In this document: piece after piece, positions 13,428-26,400 of the stretch
Layout: each line of letters opens with the position of its first letter
Numbering within the stretch: position 1 is the stretch's first letter
Source of the DNA: Octopus bimaculoides
Lineage: Eukaryota
Assembly: GCF_001194135.2 (NCBI RefSeq)
Contig: NC_069001.1
Coordinates: 39,938,862 to 39,984,672 of the forward strand
Direction of reading: 5' to 3'
Length of the DNA: 45,811 nucleotides
Translations under genes and position numbers: made by a program
Notes under the pieces: model-generated
Databases searched by the model: none
Seen by the model: the letters and a program-made list of their open reading frames with translations, nothing else
Told to the model about the DNA's origin: nothing

Positions 13428-13784
13428 CGCTAGCTAGCTGTCTGAAGAATTCAATAAAGGAAAAGACACACACACACGTGAACACACACATACACACTAA
13501 TGAGCTAAATGAAAAATATTTACACCATCTGAATCCCTTGCATATGAAGAAAATACTTTCTTGTTTTTTGTTTCCCTATTTTGACCATTGTTTGAGTAAG
13601 TTACAAGAAGCAAACTTTGAAGTCCCAGTGAATCCAGTAAACACAACATATTTTACTCAACCCTCAGAACCAAGTAAATTTTTGTTATTTGTAATTTTAT
13701 ACTTTAACAACTCTGACAAAACACACACATATTTACGTATTATCTACATATGGATATATATGACTTAGAAATTTACTAACTTAC

Positions 13785-13890
13785 CTTCAAATCATACGTT
13801 TGTTATATTTCTTACTACTGCTTAAGTTACATGTTACACAGATGTTATGGCAGATTACAGACATTTAGTCAACCACTGCATAGCACCAAC
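13785..13890 (-). promoter_or_regulatory. Putative 5' non-coding exon/proximal promoter of gene A
   Basis: TCTGCCATAACATCTGTGTAACAT...TAAGAAATATAACAAACGTATGATTTGAAG|gtaagt, homologous across five loci. 5' end approximate. Confidence 0.65.
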
Positions 13891-13913
13891 ACAATACATA
13901 CATATATATATGT

Positions 13914-13963
<50 letters not shown>

Positions 13964-14841
13964 NNNNNNNNNNNNNNNNNNNNNNNNNNNNNNNNNNNNN
14001 NNNNNNNNNNNNNNNNNNNNNNNNNNNNNNNNNNNNNNNNNNNNNNNNNNNNNNNNNNNNNNNNNNNNNNNNNNNNNNNNNNNNNNNNNNNNNNNNNNNN
14101 NNNNNNNNNNNNNNNNNNNNNNNNNNNNNNNNNNNNNNNNNNNNNNNNNNNNNNNNNNNNNNNNNNNNNNNNNNNNNNNNNNNNNNNNNNNNNNNNNNNN
14201 NNNNNNNNNNNNNNNNNNNNNNNNNNNNNNNNNNNNNNNNNNNNNNNNNNNNNNNNNNNNNNNNNNNNNNNNNNNNNNNNNNNNNNNNNNNNNNNNNNNN
14301 NNNNNNNNNNNNNNNNNNNNNNNNNNNNNNNNNNNNNNNNNNNNNNNNNNNNNNNNNNNNNNNNNNNNNNNNNNNNNNNNNNNNNNNNNNNNNNNNNNNN
14401 NNNNNNNNNNNNNNNNNNNNNNNNNNNNNNNNNNNNNNNNNNNNNNNNNNNNNNNNNNNNNNNNNNNNNNNNNNNNNNNNNNNNNNNNNNNNNNNNNNNN
14501 NNNNNNNNNNNNNNNNNNNNNNNNNNNNNNNNNNNNNNNNNNNNNNNNNNNNNNNNNNNNNNNNNNNNNNNNNNNNNNNNNNNNNNNNNNNNNNNNNNNN
14601 NNNNNNNNNNNNNNNNNNNNNNNNNNNNNNNNNNNNNNNNNNNNNNNNNNNNNNNNNNNNNNNNNNNNNNNNNNNNNNNNNNNNNNNNNNNNNNNNNNNN
14701 NNNNNNNNNNNNNNNNNNNNNNNNNNNNNNNNNNNNNNNNNNNNNNNNNNNNNNNNNNNNNNNNNNNNNNNNNNNNNNNNNNNNNNNNNNNNNNNNNNNN
14801 NNNNNNNNNNNNNNNNNNNNNNNNNNNNNNNNNNNNNNNNN
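13964..14841. other. Assembly gap (N run); the long ORFs called across it are artefacts
   Basis: N run flanked by (TA)n. Other gaps: 9533-9542, 18636-18798, 32692-32745, 40780-40789. Confidence 0.99.
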
Positions 14842-15560
14842 CCAACAGGTCCTGAATGCTTGCAACATTGCTTACAGGAAACTTGGACTAATGACCAACT
14901 TTAAAAAGACTCACAACATTTACCAAAATTCTCCAAATGAGACAAACTAGACAGAGCAATTGATTGATCATGTCAAGGCATCTCTGGTAAAAGTGGACCC
15001 CATTCTGTATCTTGGAAGGGACATCTTGTCCAATACCCCTCTTGGTCGTGAGATGCAATCGTCTGAAATATACTGGAAGTTTTTTGATGTCCCAAAGCAA
15101 AAGGTTTCCATGATTGTTATATCTTTAATGTTAGTTTAAAGAACAGTGGGATAACCAGCATCCACTAGACATGGGTTGCCTGGACAATATACTGATGGAG
15201 AGTGAACCACCATCTAAAAGTTTCATCAACCGTGTCTTTGGAATATGAATAGCAGCTGGGGAAACAGAACAAAAAAAGCGCACAGAATAAAACAAAAACA
15301 ACAAGCATTGAAGCATTCATCATCAAGAATCATCAATGTCGTCTGTTCGAATGAAAGATGAATGTTCGCCTAAGGAAATCTGCTCTCAGATTAAGCAAGA
15401 CAAACGTAACAGAGATGGAGAATAGAGGAGATTCAAAGAAGTCTCAAAATCCATTATGAAGAAATATAACCCCGACTTCAAAAACTAGGGAATTAATGCC
15501 AAGGACAGAAAACTTTGGGAAACTATTATAGCTGAAAAGAAACAGGAAATTTAAAATTTA
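14842..15560 (+). mobile_element. Degenerate RTE LINE fragment
   Basis: The first 185 bp are identical to 1100-1284. It continues as LGRDILSNTPLGREMQSRL-like RTE sequence with stops. Confidence 0.55.
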
Positions 15561-16019
15561 AAAGATGAACAGAATTGTAAGAATAAGAATTCAAAGGGAA
15601 GCCAAAACGATAATGCTATCCATAACCTGTCGAAAAATGAAGGAACTTCAAATATTGGACTTTTGATATACTTGAAAGTAGATAAATAGATCAACAAGGA
15701 CAAAGATTATTAATGTTGACCTAGAGGTAAATTGTAGGCTGATCTAATTTGTTCTTCCATTTTTTAAAATTGTGGAATGTTAATTAGTAGATGGAGATAA
15801 ATAAATGATTACAGATGGTCAATGGTAATTTGATAGAATGTTGTCTAATATTTTATTGGTTACGTAAGGCAGTGAGCTATCAGAATCGTTAAGACACCAG
15901 GCAAAATGCTTAGTCACATTTCATCTGTCTTCATGCTCTGACTTCAAATTCATCCAACGTCGTCTTTAGCTTACACCCTTCCAAGACGAAAGGTGTTCCT
16001 CCACCAGAATAATGATGGG

Positions 16020-16361
16020 CCATGGTGAGGATAACATTCCAAAGGTTGGAGCAATTTGAATGGGAAACGATGCCCCACCCACCATATTCGCTGGATATTT
16101 TTTCCGCAGTCTTCAAAATCATTTGGACAGAAAAATTATGAATTCTGTAGACGAGATCAGAACAGTATTGGAGAAGTATTTTTCGTCATGGACAAATGAA
16201 TTTTAGAAGAGGGGCCTTGCAAGTCTATCAGATAGATGGAAGAGCATTGTAGGAAATGAAGGAGAGTATATTCTAGATTAAAGAAGAACTTTGTTCATCT
16301 TAATCATGAAAAATAAAAGAAGTATAAAGAAAACGCATTATTTATGGTATAACCCAATACT
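16020..16361 (+). mobile_element. Mariner transposase 3' fragment with right TIR
   Basis: LEQFEWETMPHPPYS..., FRSLQNHL, DRWKSIVGNEGEYILD*, ending in a TIR-like ttatttatggtataacccaata. Confidence 0.8.
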
Positions 16362-17933
16362 TAAATGATAAACTCCTGGAAAGTTTTACAGATTTTTACT
16401 GTTTCAGTGATGGATTGGATCTGTAGTCTTCAAATCAGCTTTCTCCTTTCTAGTTTTGAGAAGCCTAATTTCTTAAGATTGGTATTTAGGCCGTATGTTA
16501 CATATCCCAGTGCCCCGATAATTACAAGTATAAACCTGATCATGTAATCTGGATAGAGTAGCTGTAGATTCGTCAAAGTGTATGTATGCATGCATGCATG
16601 AAAATATGTATGTATGTTTGTATGTGTGTACATATGTATATATGTGTATATGCATATCAATACATATTAGTTCTTTTACTATCACCCAGTAACTCTCATC
16701 AGCTTATCTCTTCCACTGGAACAGCATTGGACTGTGTCTAACCTCACTGTTAGTTTGACGCTTTGTAGCAATCGTAATTGAGAGCAGCAGTTCAGATGAC
16801 AAGGGAAAAAAGTTTTTCTCATAGAAAAAATCTGGTACCCGTTTTGTTCTTTCTCTGAAAGATCCCCAAATCCAACCAGCCACTCGACGAAGCATCTTTC
16901 TTGTTGTGGATTCCCAGATCATGCACTGAGTTTTAGAGTGAGATTGTAATACTCCCTGGTCCTGTGTATTCTGATTACATACTTTATAAGACGATGGCAG
17001 AGAATTTGAAATTTTGCAACATTAAATTGCATGTTGCTTTTTCAGCCCTCGTGTATTTTGCTTTCAGATCTTTTTTGTAGTTTTGCTTCATTATCATAAT
17101 AGTTGTAGAGGTTAACAGCTGTTTTATTAGTAATAATTCATCATTATATTATAATAGACACCTGTAAATATACATTGTAAATATATTTTATAATATAGTC
17201 TTACCAGATGTTACCTATAATGCTGTAGCCTTTAACTCAAGTAAATATCTTAACTTTATGCCTTAATGCATACATACATACATCCATACACACATACATA
17301 CAAACAGACAGACATATATGTATGTAAAGACAAAGAGAGAGAGAGGGAGAGAGAGAATAATAAGGGAGAGTTTCAAAGAATGCTAAAGAAAACATGGTAA
17401 AGATATTCACCAAGCGATGTTCAGGTAAATGAAAGTTTAAGTTCCTGTTCCTTCATTCAGGGTAGTTGAGTCCAGTGTAGAAAGTTGGTTATAAGAACAC
17501 TCTTCGTCAAACGGGTACTGAACAAAAGAAGCAAATAAACACAAGTAGGTGTAGTGAGTGTATCTACATGGATTGTATATTTGCATATAAAAAAAAGGAA
17601 TGATGTAATAGTCTTATCTTAGCAGTTGTTTCGAATGAGCTACAACTGGCATCATAATATCTGTAATGGAATAAAAACCAATAGCATTATAGATGGATAT
17701 TTCCAGGAGTTGAAATCATGTTATCCTCATCAGAAAATACCTACCTACCTACCTAGCTACCTAGCTATCCACCTACCTACATACATACATACATACATAC
17801 ATACATACATACATACATACATACATACATACGTACATACCCACTCAATGCACAAAACTCAGACCTTGAGTTACTCTGTAACTTCTGCTATACATTAATA
17901 AAATATATATACATACATAGATACACATATATA

Positions 17934-18285
17934 TCATCATCATTGTTTAATGTCCGCTTTCTATGCTAGCATGGGTTGGACGATTTGACTGAAGTGAACC
18001 GCATAGCTGCACCAGGCTCCAATCTGATCTGGCAGAGTTTCTATATCTGGATGCCCTTCCTAATGCCAACCGCTCCGAGAGCGTAGTGTGTACTTTTACA
18101 TGCCACCAGCACAAGGGTCAGTCACACGGTACTGGCAACAGCCACGCTCAAATGGTGTTTTTTACATGCCACTTGCACAGGAGCCAGTCCAGCGGCACTG
18201 GCAACGACCTCGCTTGAATGATTTTCTAACATGCCACCGGCACAAATGCCAGTAGGCAACGCTGGTAATGATGTCACTACGAGGA
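17934..18285 (-). mobile_element. SINE-like repeat sharing the RTE 3' tail
   Basis: Ends in CGTCCAACCCATGCTAGCATAGAAAGCGGACATTAAAC-(GAT)n. Same family as 32746-33002. Confidence 0.7.
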
Positions 18286-18339
18286 TATATAAACCTCTTA
18301 TGGGTATTGTTTCATCCACGTTACACTGGTTTACTGCAT

Positions 18340-18524
18340 TATATTGTTGAGAATCATACATATATATATATATATATACATATATGTATACATGTATATG
18401 TACATATACATGTATGTATATATACATGTGTGTATATATGTACGTATTATGCATGTAATCTTATATATGCATACACAAGCACACACATATATAGATATAT
18501 ATGTGTGTGTGTGTGTATATATAT

Positions 18525-18560
<36 letters not shown>
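18340..18560. repeat. (TA)/(TACA)/(TG) microsatellite
   Basis: Seen directly. Confidence 0.9.
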
Positions 18561-19054
18561 CATCATCATCATCGTTTAACGTCCGCTTTCCATGCTAGCA
18601 TGGGTTGGACGATTTGACTGAGGACTGGTGAAACCNNNNNNNNNNNNNNNNNNNNNNNNNNNNNNNNNNNNNNNNNNNNNNNNNNNNNNNNNNNNNNNNN
18701 NNNNNNNNNNNNNNNNNNNNNNNNNNNNNNNNNNNNNNNNNNNNNNNNNNNNNNNNNNNNNNNNNNNNNNNNNNNNNNNNNNNNNNNNNNNNNNNNNNCC
18801 ACATGTCGATACCAGCACAATCGTCTCTCTTGCACACCACAACTGACGCTTCTAATGTTCAGCTTTTCTCTCAAGATACTTACACTCTGACAGGTATTCA
18901 CATTGACATTACACATCCAACGGAGCATACTGGCTTCATTCCTTGCGAGCTTACGTATGTCCTCAGCAGTTACAGCCCATGTTTCACTGCCATGTAGCAT
19001 GGCTCTTCGTACGCATGCATCATACAGTCTGCCTTTTACTCTGAGTGAGAGTCC

Positions 19055-19056
<2 letters not shown>
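18561..19056 (-). mobile_element. 5'-truncated RTE-clade LINE 3' end with (GAT)n tail
   Basis: GLSLRVKGRLYDACVRRAMLHGSETWAV...KLARNEASMLRWMC...QERRLCWYRHV is the RTE C-terminus. Interrupted by a gap. Confidence 0.85.
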
Positions 19057-19092
<36 letters not shown>

Positions 19093-19929
19093 GAATTGAC
19101 AAAAAAACAAAAGACGAGAGAGAGAGAAACAGAGACAGACAGAGGAGACTGTGAGAGAGTATCTAAGTACTATAAATTATTTAATCTCAAAACAGCCGCC
19201 CTGAATTACCAAACTGTTTCACATTGAAAAGTTCTCTCTGTAATGGAAGAATAATTTAGTGCTTGTCAGATACGGCTGCTCGCAAATATATAGCTTTCAC
19301 TCTTTTGTACAGGAAGTCTAAAACCTCAAATCTATCTGACAAATCACAGAGAGGATAACACAGTCCTGGTTCATCTTTGATCCACAGTTTACATGATCTG
19401 AGCTGACTTCGGATACACAACGGACATAGATAAATAGACTGGACTAGAGTAGAGAGAGGGACTAATATGTCCAGACTGTTACACTGCACCACATACATTA
19501 CATCACTATGTGACTTTCGACCTTTATTGTCACCATTGCAATAGTGTCCGCTTCTGGAAATTAGGCCACTTCCCACTTATATTTAAGCTCTATCAACGCA
19601 CTCATCTCTCCTTCATGCATTACCAATCACGCCGACTTCACCAATAAGGGAAGACAGGTGAATGTCATGGCAGATCCTTTCTCTCTAGATCAATTTAAAT
19701 GAAGCAAAATAGCAATATCTTCACACCTATGTGTGTGAATTCCTCTTCGGTTTCCACGAATTATACTCTTGGCTTTTATCAGAAACTGTAAATCACAAAA
19801 TTAATGAAATGGACATAAAAATATAATTACAGTGGTAAATGATTGGATGATGGAAAATTTGTTAGTATTTTATTGATGATAAATAACTGATGACAACACA
19901 TAGCAGAAAATACATTCACACACACATTT

Positions 19930-20045
19930 AATTGCAGTGTTAGTATATTTCAGTTACTTATATCCTCCTACTCTACCATAACGTTTGTGTTACATATACT
20001 TTAGACAGTACCAAGAAATATAACAAATAATTTTATACATAGGAG
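19930..20045 (+). promoter_or_regulatory. Putative 5' non-coding exon/proximal promoter of gene B
   Basis: TCTACCATAACGTTTGTGTTACAT...GTACCAAGAAATATAACAAAT...AGGAG|gtaagc. 5' end approximate. Confidence 0.65.
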
Positions 20046-20803
20046 GTAAGCTATTCGATTTCTAAGCTATGTTTAAAGTATACATTCATCTAGTGAAGAC
20101 CTTATTCAAATGCATATCCACAATGTCTATCTGTCTGTCTGTCTGTCTGCCTACATCATATTATGTATTATATTATATTACATTATGGAAGAAAATGTTC
20201 CTCTGTTATCCATGCGTGTGTCTCTATGCACGTGTACATGTGTGAGATGCATGCAAGCATGTGTGTGTGGTGAACCCCTGCAAGCCTGGCCAGAAAGAGA
20301 AGAAAGAAGAAAGAAAGAAAGAAAGAAAGGCAGGGAAGAAAGAAAGAGAAATAAATATCTTTCACGAAACTAAACGCCAACCCAAAAAATCTTTAGAATC
20401 ATCTCAGCATTGCAAAATTCACATTAAAGGGTAATTCAGAATTCTCAGAGAAGGGTTGTAGAGATAACAGATGCGGAACATGCAATACAACATCTTCAAA
20501 TATTTGGACAGTGGCTTCCATATCAAATTTAGAATTTGATTCTCTTTCAAAGTAACTATAGAGATGGACTGCAAGTCACAAAATCTCATATAATGTATAA
20601 CCCGCCCCAATTGCAAGGAAAATTATTTTGGCGAAACCCAAAATACTTTTTGACTGTGTGCAAGAATCTACAGCATAGTGATAACACATATAAATAACAA
20701 AAGAACATTTTCGTCTATATTTATATAAAACGTACAAAATTTACTGTCAAAAATCATATCTGATGAGTCTCAGAAACAAACACGATGAAAGCACTGATAA
20801 ATA

Positions 20804-20933
<130 letters not shown>

Positions 20934-22824
20934 ATACGTGTATCTTTATATATGGTCTCATAAGCACATACATTCACACAAGCACACGCTCACATATCTG
21001 ACATAAAAATAGAAATAGAATTCAGTGCATAAATCAGATTATTTATATCGTATGTATTGTGATGAAACTGTATTAGTTACTAGTGGACATGGTGTTTCGT
21101 TTCCGAACACTTTTCAAACTGAGTAAATAAAATAAATTTTATATGTGAAGCATTAAAAATATAATGCAATAGCAGAAATATCTAAATGTATACATGACTT
21201 TGGGCTGGTATATTTGTTTGTATATATGTAAATAGCAAGCAATCCAGAAAAGCATAAATATCTAAATGAAAATCTAAATAAACCCTTGCAGCACACAATT
21301 CGATCCGATAGTGAGAGGTTAGCTGCTCTGATACTGTGTTCAAGTCTAATGGTTATTTTAGGAGAATATCCACAGGATATGATACTGAAAGTAACGAAAT
21401 GCTACTCTGGTTTATAACCAGCATATTAAACATTTGTTGTACACAAATATTGAGTACTCTTTTTCTTTACTCGCAGACATACACACTATTGTTACATATA
21501 TGTTTCATATGGGCGTGTGTGCATGCATGTATTTGTATGTGTAAGTGCAAACTCGTAGCTGTTAGTTTGCTCCTAGTATACAGTATTTTGGACTTGTGTA
21601 TTCTACTAGGGAATTTTTTGAATGCTTATATCAATGTACAAGTTAAATTACATATTTCGAAATGTATGTATTACACTGACAATATTCTGCACATTGCCAG
21701 TTATAGTGGCATCTGCTGAAAGATATTTTAGCAAATTAAAAAGTTCTTGAAAAGATTAAATGACTTACTTATCTTTATTTAGCATTGATAGTAAACTTAC
21801 AGAAGAAAATGATTTCAGTAAAAATATTTGTTTCTTAATGAGCCATAAGGTTAACAATTTTGAGGGGTGGAGTTAGTCGAAAGCATTGACTCTAGTACTT
21901 TATTTTATCAACTCCAGCGAGATGAATTGTAAACTCGACAACAGCAGAATTTGAACTCAGAACGAAAAGACTGATATGAATACCACAAGGCATTTTTCCG
22001 ATGTTCTAACGATTTTGCCAATTCGTCACCTTACTTTAATAAGGTCCCCTAAGCCCTCTTTCAATTAATTGTAATCAGACTAAATTCTGTAATACTGAGT
22101 GCTTTCAAGAATGCTAACGTAATGTTTCTATTTTCTATAAATTTTTCGATTAATAGATGCTTTCGTTTTTTTTTTTTTTCTTTCCTCAAAATAATATTGT
22201 CTGTTGGTTGTTAAAGAATTTCATTTTCACCAAATTCCACAAAGGAAATCAACTTGTGCTACCCCAGAGTTTATGGTCTTCATTAAAAATGGAAAATAAA
22301 GCATCAGAGTGCATGTGGTTATTGGTGTGTGCATCAATTACTTGCTAAGTTCATCAACATCATCATAATCAAAACCTTTCAAAACTAAAATTTCATTAAA
22401 ATGTTTGCATCGTTAAGAAACTTATGGTGAAGTGCACGAACACAAATCCACAAAGCGCAATAAGCTTGCTATGATTTTCGGTTTTTTCAATTAAGACCAT
22501 AATCTCCAGGATATCCTCAATTCTTTAAGTCAAAACTCAAATTAATCTGTATACTTGCTGGAAAGACTTGAAATATTGCTAAAAATTGTTAAAAGTTCAC
22601 AGCTTCCAGAAGTATAGCCTTAATACGGGCTCTATTTCAAGGTCAGACTTGTGTTCCTGCATATATGAACAAAAGTCTTCAGACAAATTTCTGGAAGAAG
22701 ACAAATGTCTTAAGTGCTGCACAGTTTGCTTGAATTCAGAACCACAAGATTGATAAGCGAACGTGCCAATAGCATGGTCATTGATGCAAATATTACATGT
22801 TTTTTATTTACTTTTCCATTGCAG

Positions 22825-25009
22825 ATGAGGGCTGTTCTGACAATAATGTTTATATTTCTTGTTGCATCAACTGCTACAGGTTTGAATTCATTTCTCATTT
22901 ATTGTAACAGTATCACTGTGGAACATTCAGGACGAGATTATGAAAGAAGACTTGTTGCTACCATATGATTTACTTCTTGAGTGTCGTACGAGAACATACC
23001 TAAAGTCTTCATCCTGAGTGTGCTTACAGGCCACTGTCTTTGTTAATTGCCCAGTCGTTTATTGCACATAAACATCCTTTGTTGCTGCTGATACTGCTGT
23101 CGTATCTTGTGTGGGACACATCAACAGCTGCAGTAATCACCGAAAGTATTGTCACTGCTACCAATAATGCATCTGTTCCCTTGCATTTCCACTAGAGTAA
23201 CCCTGGAAACAAGCCACCTCTATGCAATAGCTCCACCTAAAAATATAGCAGCCAAATCTCCCTCAAATTATTCTGGACACTCGTCAAAAAGATGATCAAC
23301 TCTTGAATGCCTTTATTCATATATCTGTGTCATCATGTTTAACTAGGGGCTAAACAACGATTCCTTTCTTTGGCATCAATTTAGTATCAGTCCAAGCATA
23401 GTTGTTTGGTTAAGAAGTTCGCTACTTAATCATTTTGATGCCTGGTTCAATCACACTCTGTGCCAGACTGAGTAAACCTTTTAAACCATCCAAGTTTTCT
23501 GGTAGATATGAGGTAGACTAAAACTATCCTGCAAACTGTCCAGGTTTCTGGGTGATAGACATAACCAGATTAACTGAACCACTCTCCTTCTAATAGCTTT
23601 ATCAGATTTCAGTCTGTAGTAAACCTTCTGACCAGTTCTCCAATCTAAGAATACTGACACTTTGTTCCCTTTCCACCCACCAATCTGTTATACATTGTAA
23701 AACACTCATCGACGCTGATCTCTCTCATCTGAGTAGATCATTAATTAAAAGAGAAATGGTTAAACGATTTTCCATTTATATAAAATACATTCTAAAGTAC
23801 CAAATTGAAATAGGAAAGAGAAACAGAACCGCTGAATAGGCAAGAACCACATACCTAGATACCCACTTGTAAGAATATTTTTCACCCACATGTATTGTAA
23901 CTATGACTACGATATCCAGTATGTCTGTCTTTCCACATGCATTACAACCATGACTACAATTTCAAGTCTATTTTTTCCCCATTTATAAGCCAATCAATGA
24001 GCTCGATGCAAGCCTTTTGCCGGGAGATAGCAGCAAGAGACACGTACAAAAAGATGAGATGGTCACGGCTAAGTGCTTTTCACTGTATGTTTACTCAATC
24101 AGTCCAATCTCTGCCTTCAGAGATTTTATACATGGATATATATAAGCAACAGCATACTGGATTCTAGCTATAGTCTTTACTTCTTAACATAAATGTAGTA
24201 ACGGCCTTATACACTTTCAATAAAACCAATCAGATTAAAAGAATTATTCTCATGTTGATATACATAAACAAGATACTTAATTATAATCAACGATTTAAAA
24301 AATCGAAATCCAGTGCAGACTTGAATATTAATAACGTTTCATAAAATTAATAAAATTATGAATGAAACATTTTAGATAATTATTTATTTTTTATAGTTTA
24401 TTGTTGTTTATATTTTTAGCTTATTTGGCAGATTGTAATGGCTGCAGAGTTTTGGGTGATTGTGTTTGCGGTCGAGCATTTTGGCTTACCATTACGGAAG
24501 GTTTATGTGTAAAAAGAGATTGTCGATGGATTCACAATAGGTGGAGGGTTGTCGGTTCTTTCATAGGTAAGCATACGATCAAATACTGTCATCTTGTTTA
24601 GAAATATTTCATTTATCATAGTGACCAGGCTACATATTTTGGGGGAGGGTAAAGTCAAGTAAATCGACTCACTGTATTCCACTGGTACTCTATAAAATGG
24701 GTGCAATTCTAGCGATGGTAGAATTCAATACTTCAAAGTATTTACTACTTCGTTGTCATTATTGCAGTTGTGATTATTGTTGTTGTTGTTGGTGGTGGTG
24801 GTTTTGGATTCTGGTCGGTTTGACCAAATAGATCTTCCATTCCCCATAATAAATTTTTCGCAATTGTTTCCATGTCAGAAATCATTATTTTATTAACTTT
24901 CTATTCTTCTTTTCATTTTTTTATTTTTTTAGATTGTACAAATATCATTGCAACACTCACAGAACAGACAAGGTATGTCACGGAGGGATTGTCTTATTGC
25001 ACAATTTGA
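22825..25009 (+). CDS. Gene B: secreted 8-cysteine protein, 92 aa, uncharacterised family
   Basis: Exons 22825-22879, 24420-24566 (alternative acceptor 24432) and 24933-25009; GT-AG, phase 1. Protein: MRAVLTIMFIFLVASTAT-AYLADCNGCRVLGDCVCGRAFWLTITEGLCVKRDCRWIHNRWRVVGSFI-DCTNIIATLTEQTRYVTEGLSYCTI*. AATAAA at 25076-25081. Confidence 0.9.
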
Positions 25010-25299
25010 AACATATACTATCGCTCTTTTTACATTACATTAATTTACCATAAATAGATGCAAAGTAAAATTTATAATAAAATTGTCAAGCGGCAACATT
25101 AGAAAAAAATTGTTTCAGTTCTTATTTTTCATGTTTCAGTCATTAAACTGACCTCAGTTGACATCATTTAATTACAGTGGTGCCATCTGCTGGTGCTGAC
25201 GAAATTTCATAAATCGATAGAAATTCGATGCATTTTAGCATTTGTCGTCACACGAAAGGATTTTTTGGGATGTTCACTAAACTCTACGGTGTTATAAAC

Positions 25300-26127
25300 C
25301 AACACATCCTAGTTAAGTTGAGTGTGCTAATTAATATCCATCAGACAGGTTGTTTCTGTCAGTAGAGCTGAAACTCCAAGATCGTACATTATAGAAACTG
25401 AATCTGGTAGGCAGCTGAGACGTAACAGGGCCCACATCCACCCAACACCAAAGCTATCGAGGATAACATGCGCAACACCTGCAGCATCAATGACAACACC
25501 AACAAGAACCACAACATGCACAGCAGATGACGGCACCAACAGAATCCGTGTTTCCACAGAACCATCACCCCAACAGGCACCAACCACCCATCAGCAGCCC
25601 AACGACACACCTCAGACACCAGTGCAGAGCACAAGATCCACCAGATGGAGACCGAACATTTTACCACCGATTTGATACAGTTAAAAGAGAAAAAAAATAA
25701 TAAAACAACTACTTCTGCTAGATTAGAAAGCAGAAAACCATGTGTGTGGGCAGAATAATCCCATGGTTTCTGCTGCAGGATTGCCACCCTTGCGCTGACA
25801 ATCCATTAGTATAAGGGAGATTACTTCTATTTTTTCATTGCTAAAAGATCCTTTTTTTTTTTTTCCAAGAAGAAGGGATGTTACATGTTCATATCTATGT
25901 GCATGCGTAGGTATACGTATATATGAATAAATCCCCACTAGTAGTACTATTTTGTTAAGCTCATCTACTAAGCAGTATGAGCTGTGTCTAAGGCAGATAC
26001 GCACAGTGTGTATCACTCCGCTATAGACACTGTTTGTAAACATGTCAAGTAAATAAACACGTAGAATCATAATAATGCCTTCAGTGAGTTGTTTATTATC
26101 CCATCAAGAACAAAAGAATACATAACA
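25300..26127 (+). mobile_element. Gypsy-like LTR retrotransposon 3' end: integrase tail, polypurine tract and LTR (25879-26127)
   Basis: SRAETPRSYIIETESGRQLRRNRAHI motif; purine tract aagaagaaggga immediately before TGTTA...TAACA LTR termini. Confidence 0.65.
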
Positions 26128-26169
26128 GTTGTTGTTGACAAACAATGGCACTAATTTTATTCAAGGGAA

Positions 26170-26400
26170 AAGATCCTATTACACCGCTAGAACGTGTTGT
26201 TTACATTCCACAGCAGTAATTGTTTTCACCTCAATAGACGTCAGTGATTGGTTGAAATTACCGAAATACGACAACTTTTAACATGAAATAACTTCGAATA
26301 CAAAATTTTTTCTCTGCTCTATAAGACAAAATATACAAGTATACGAAGTTTTAAAGTGTTTCGGTAGAAAACACACTAAATAAAACAAATAAAAAGTGGT
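26170..26400. mobile_element. Fragment of the MITE family seen at 34620-35203
   Basis: Shares GACGTCAGTGATTGGTTGAAATT..GAAATACGACAACTTT..ACATG.AATAACTT with about 35018-35072. Confidence 0.55.

Noticed and set aside
13831-14950. 300+ aa ORFs in the track
   Set aside because: They are almost entirely N-gap plus (TA)n translation.
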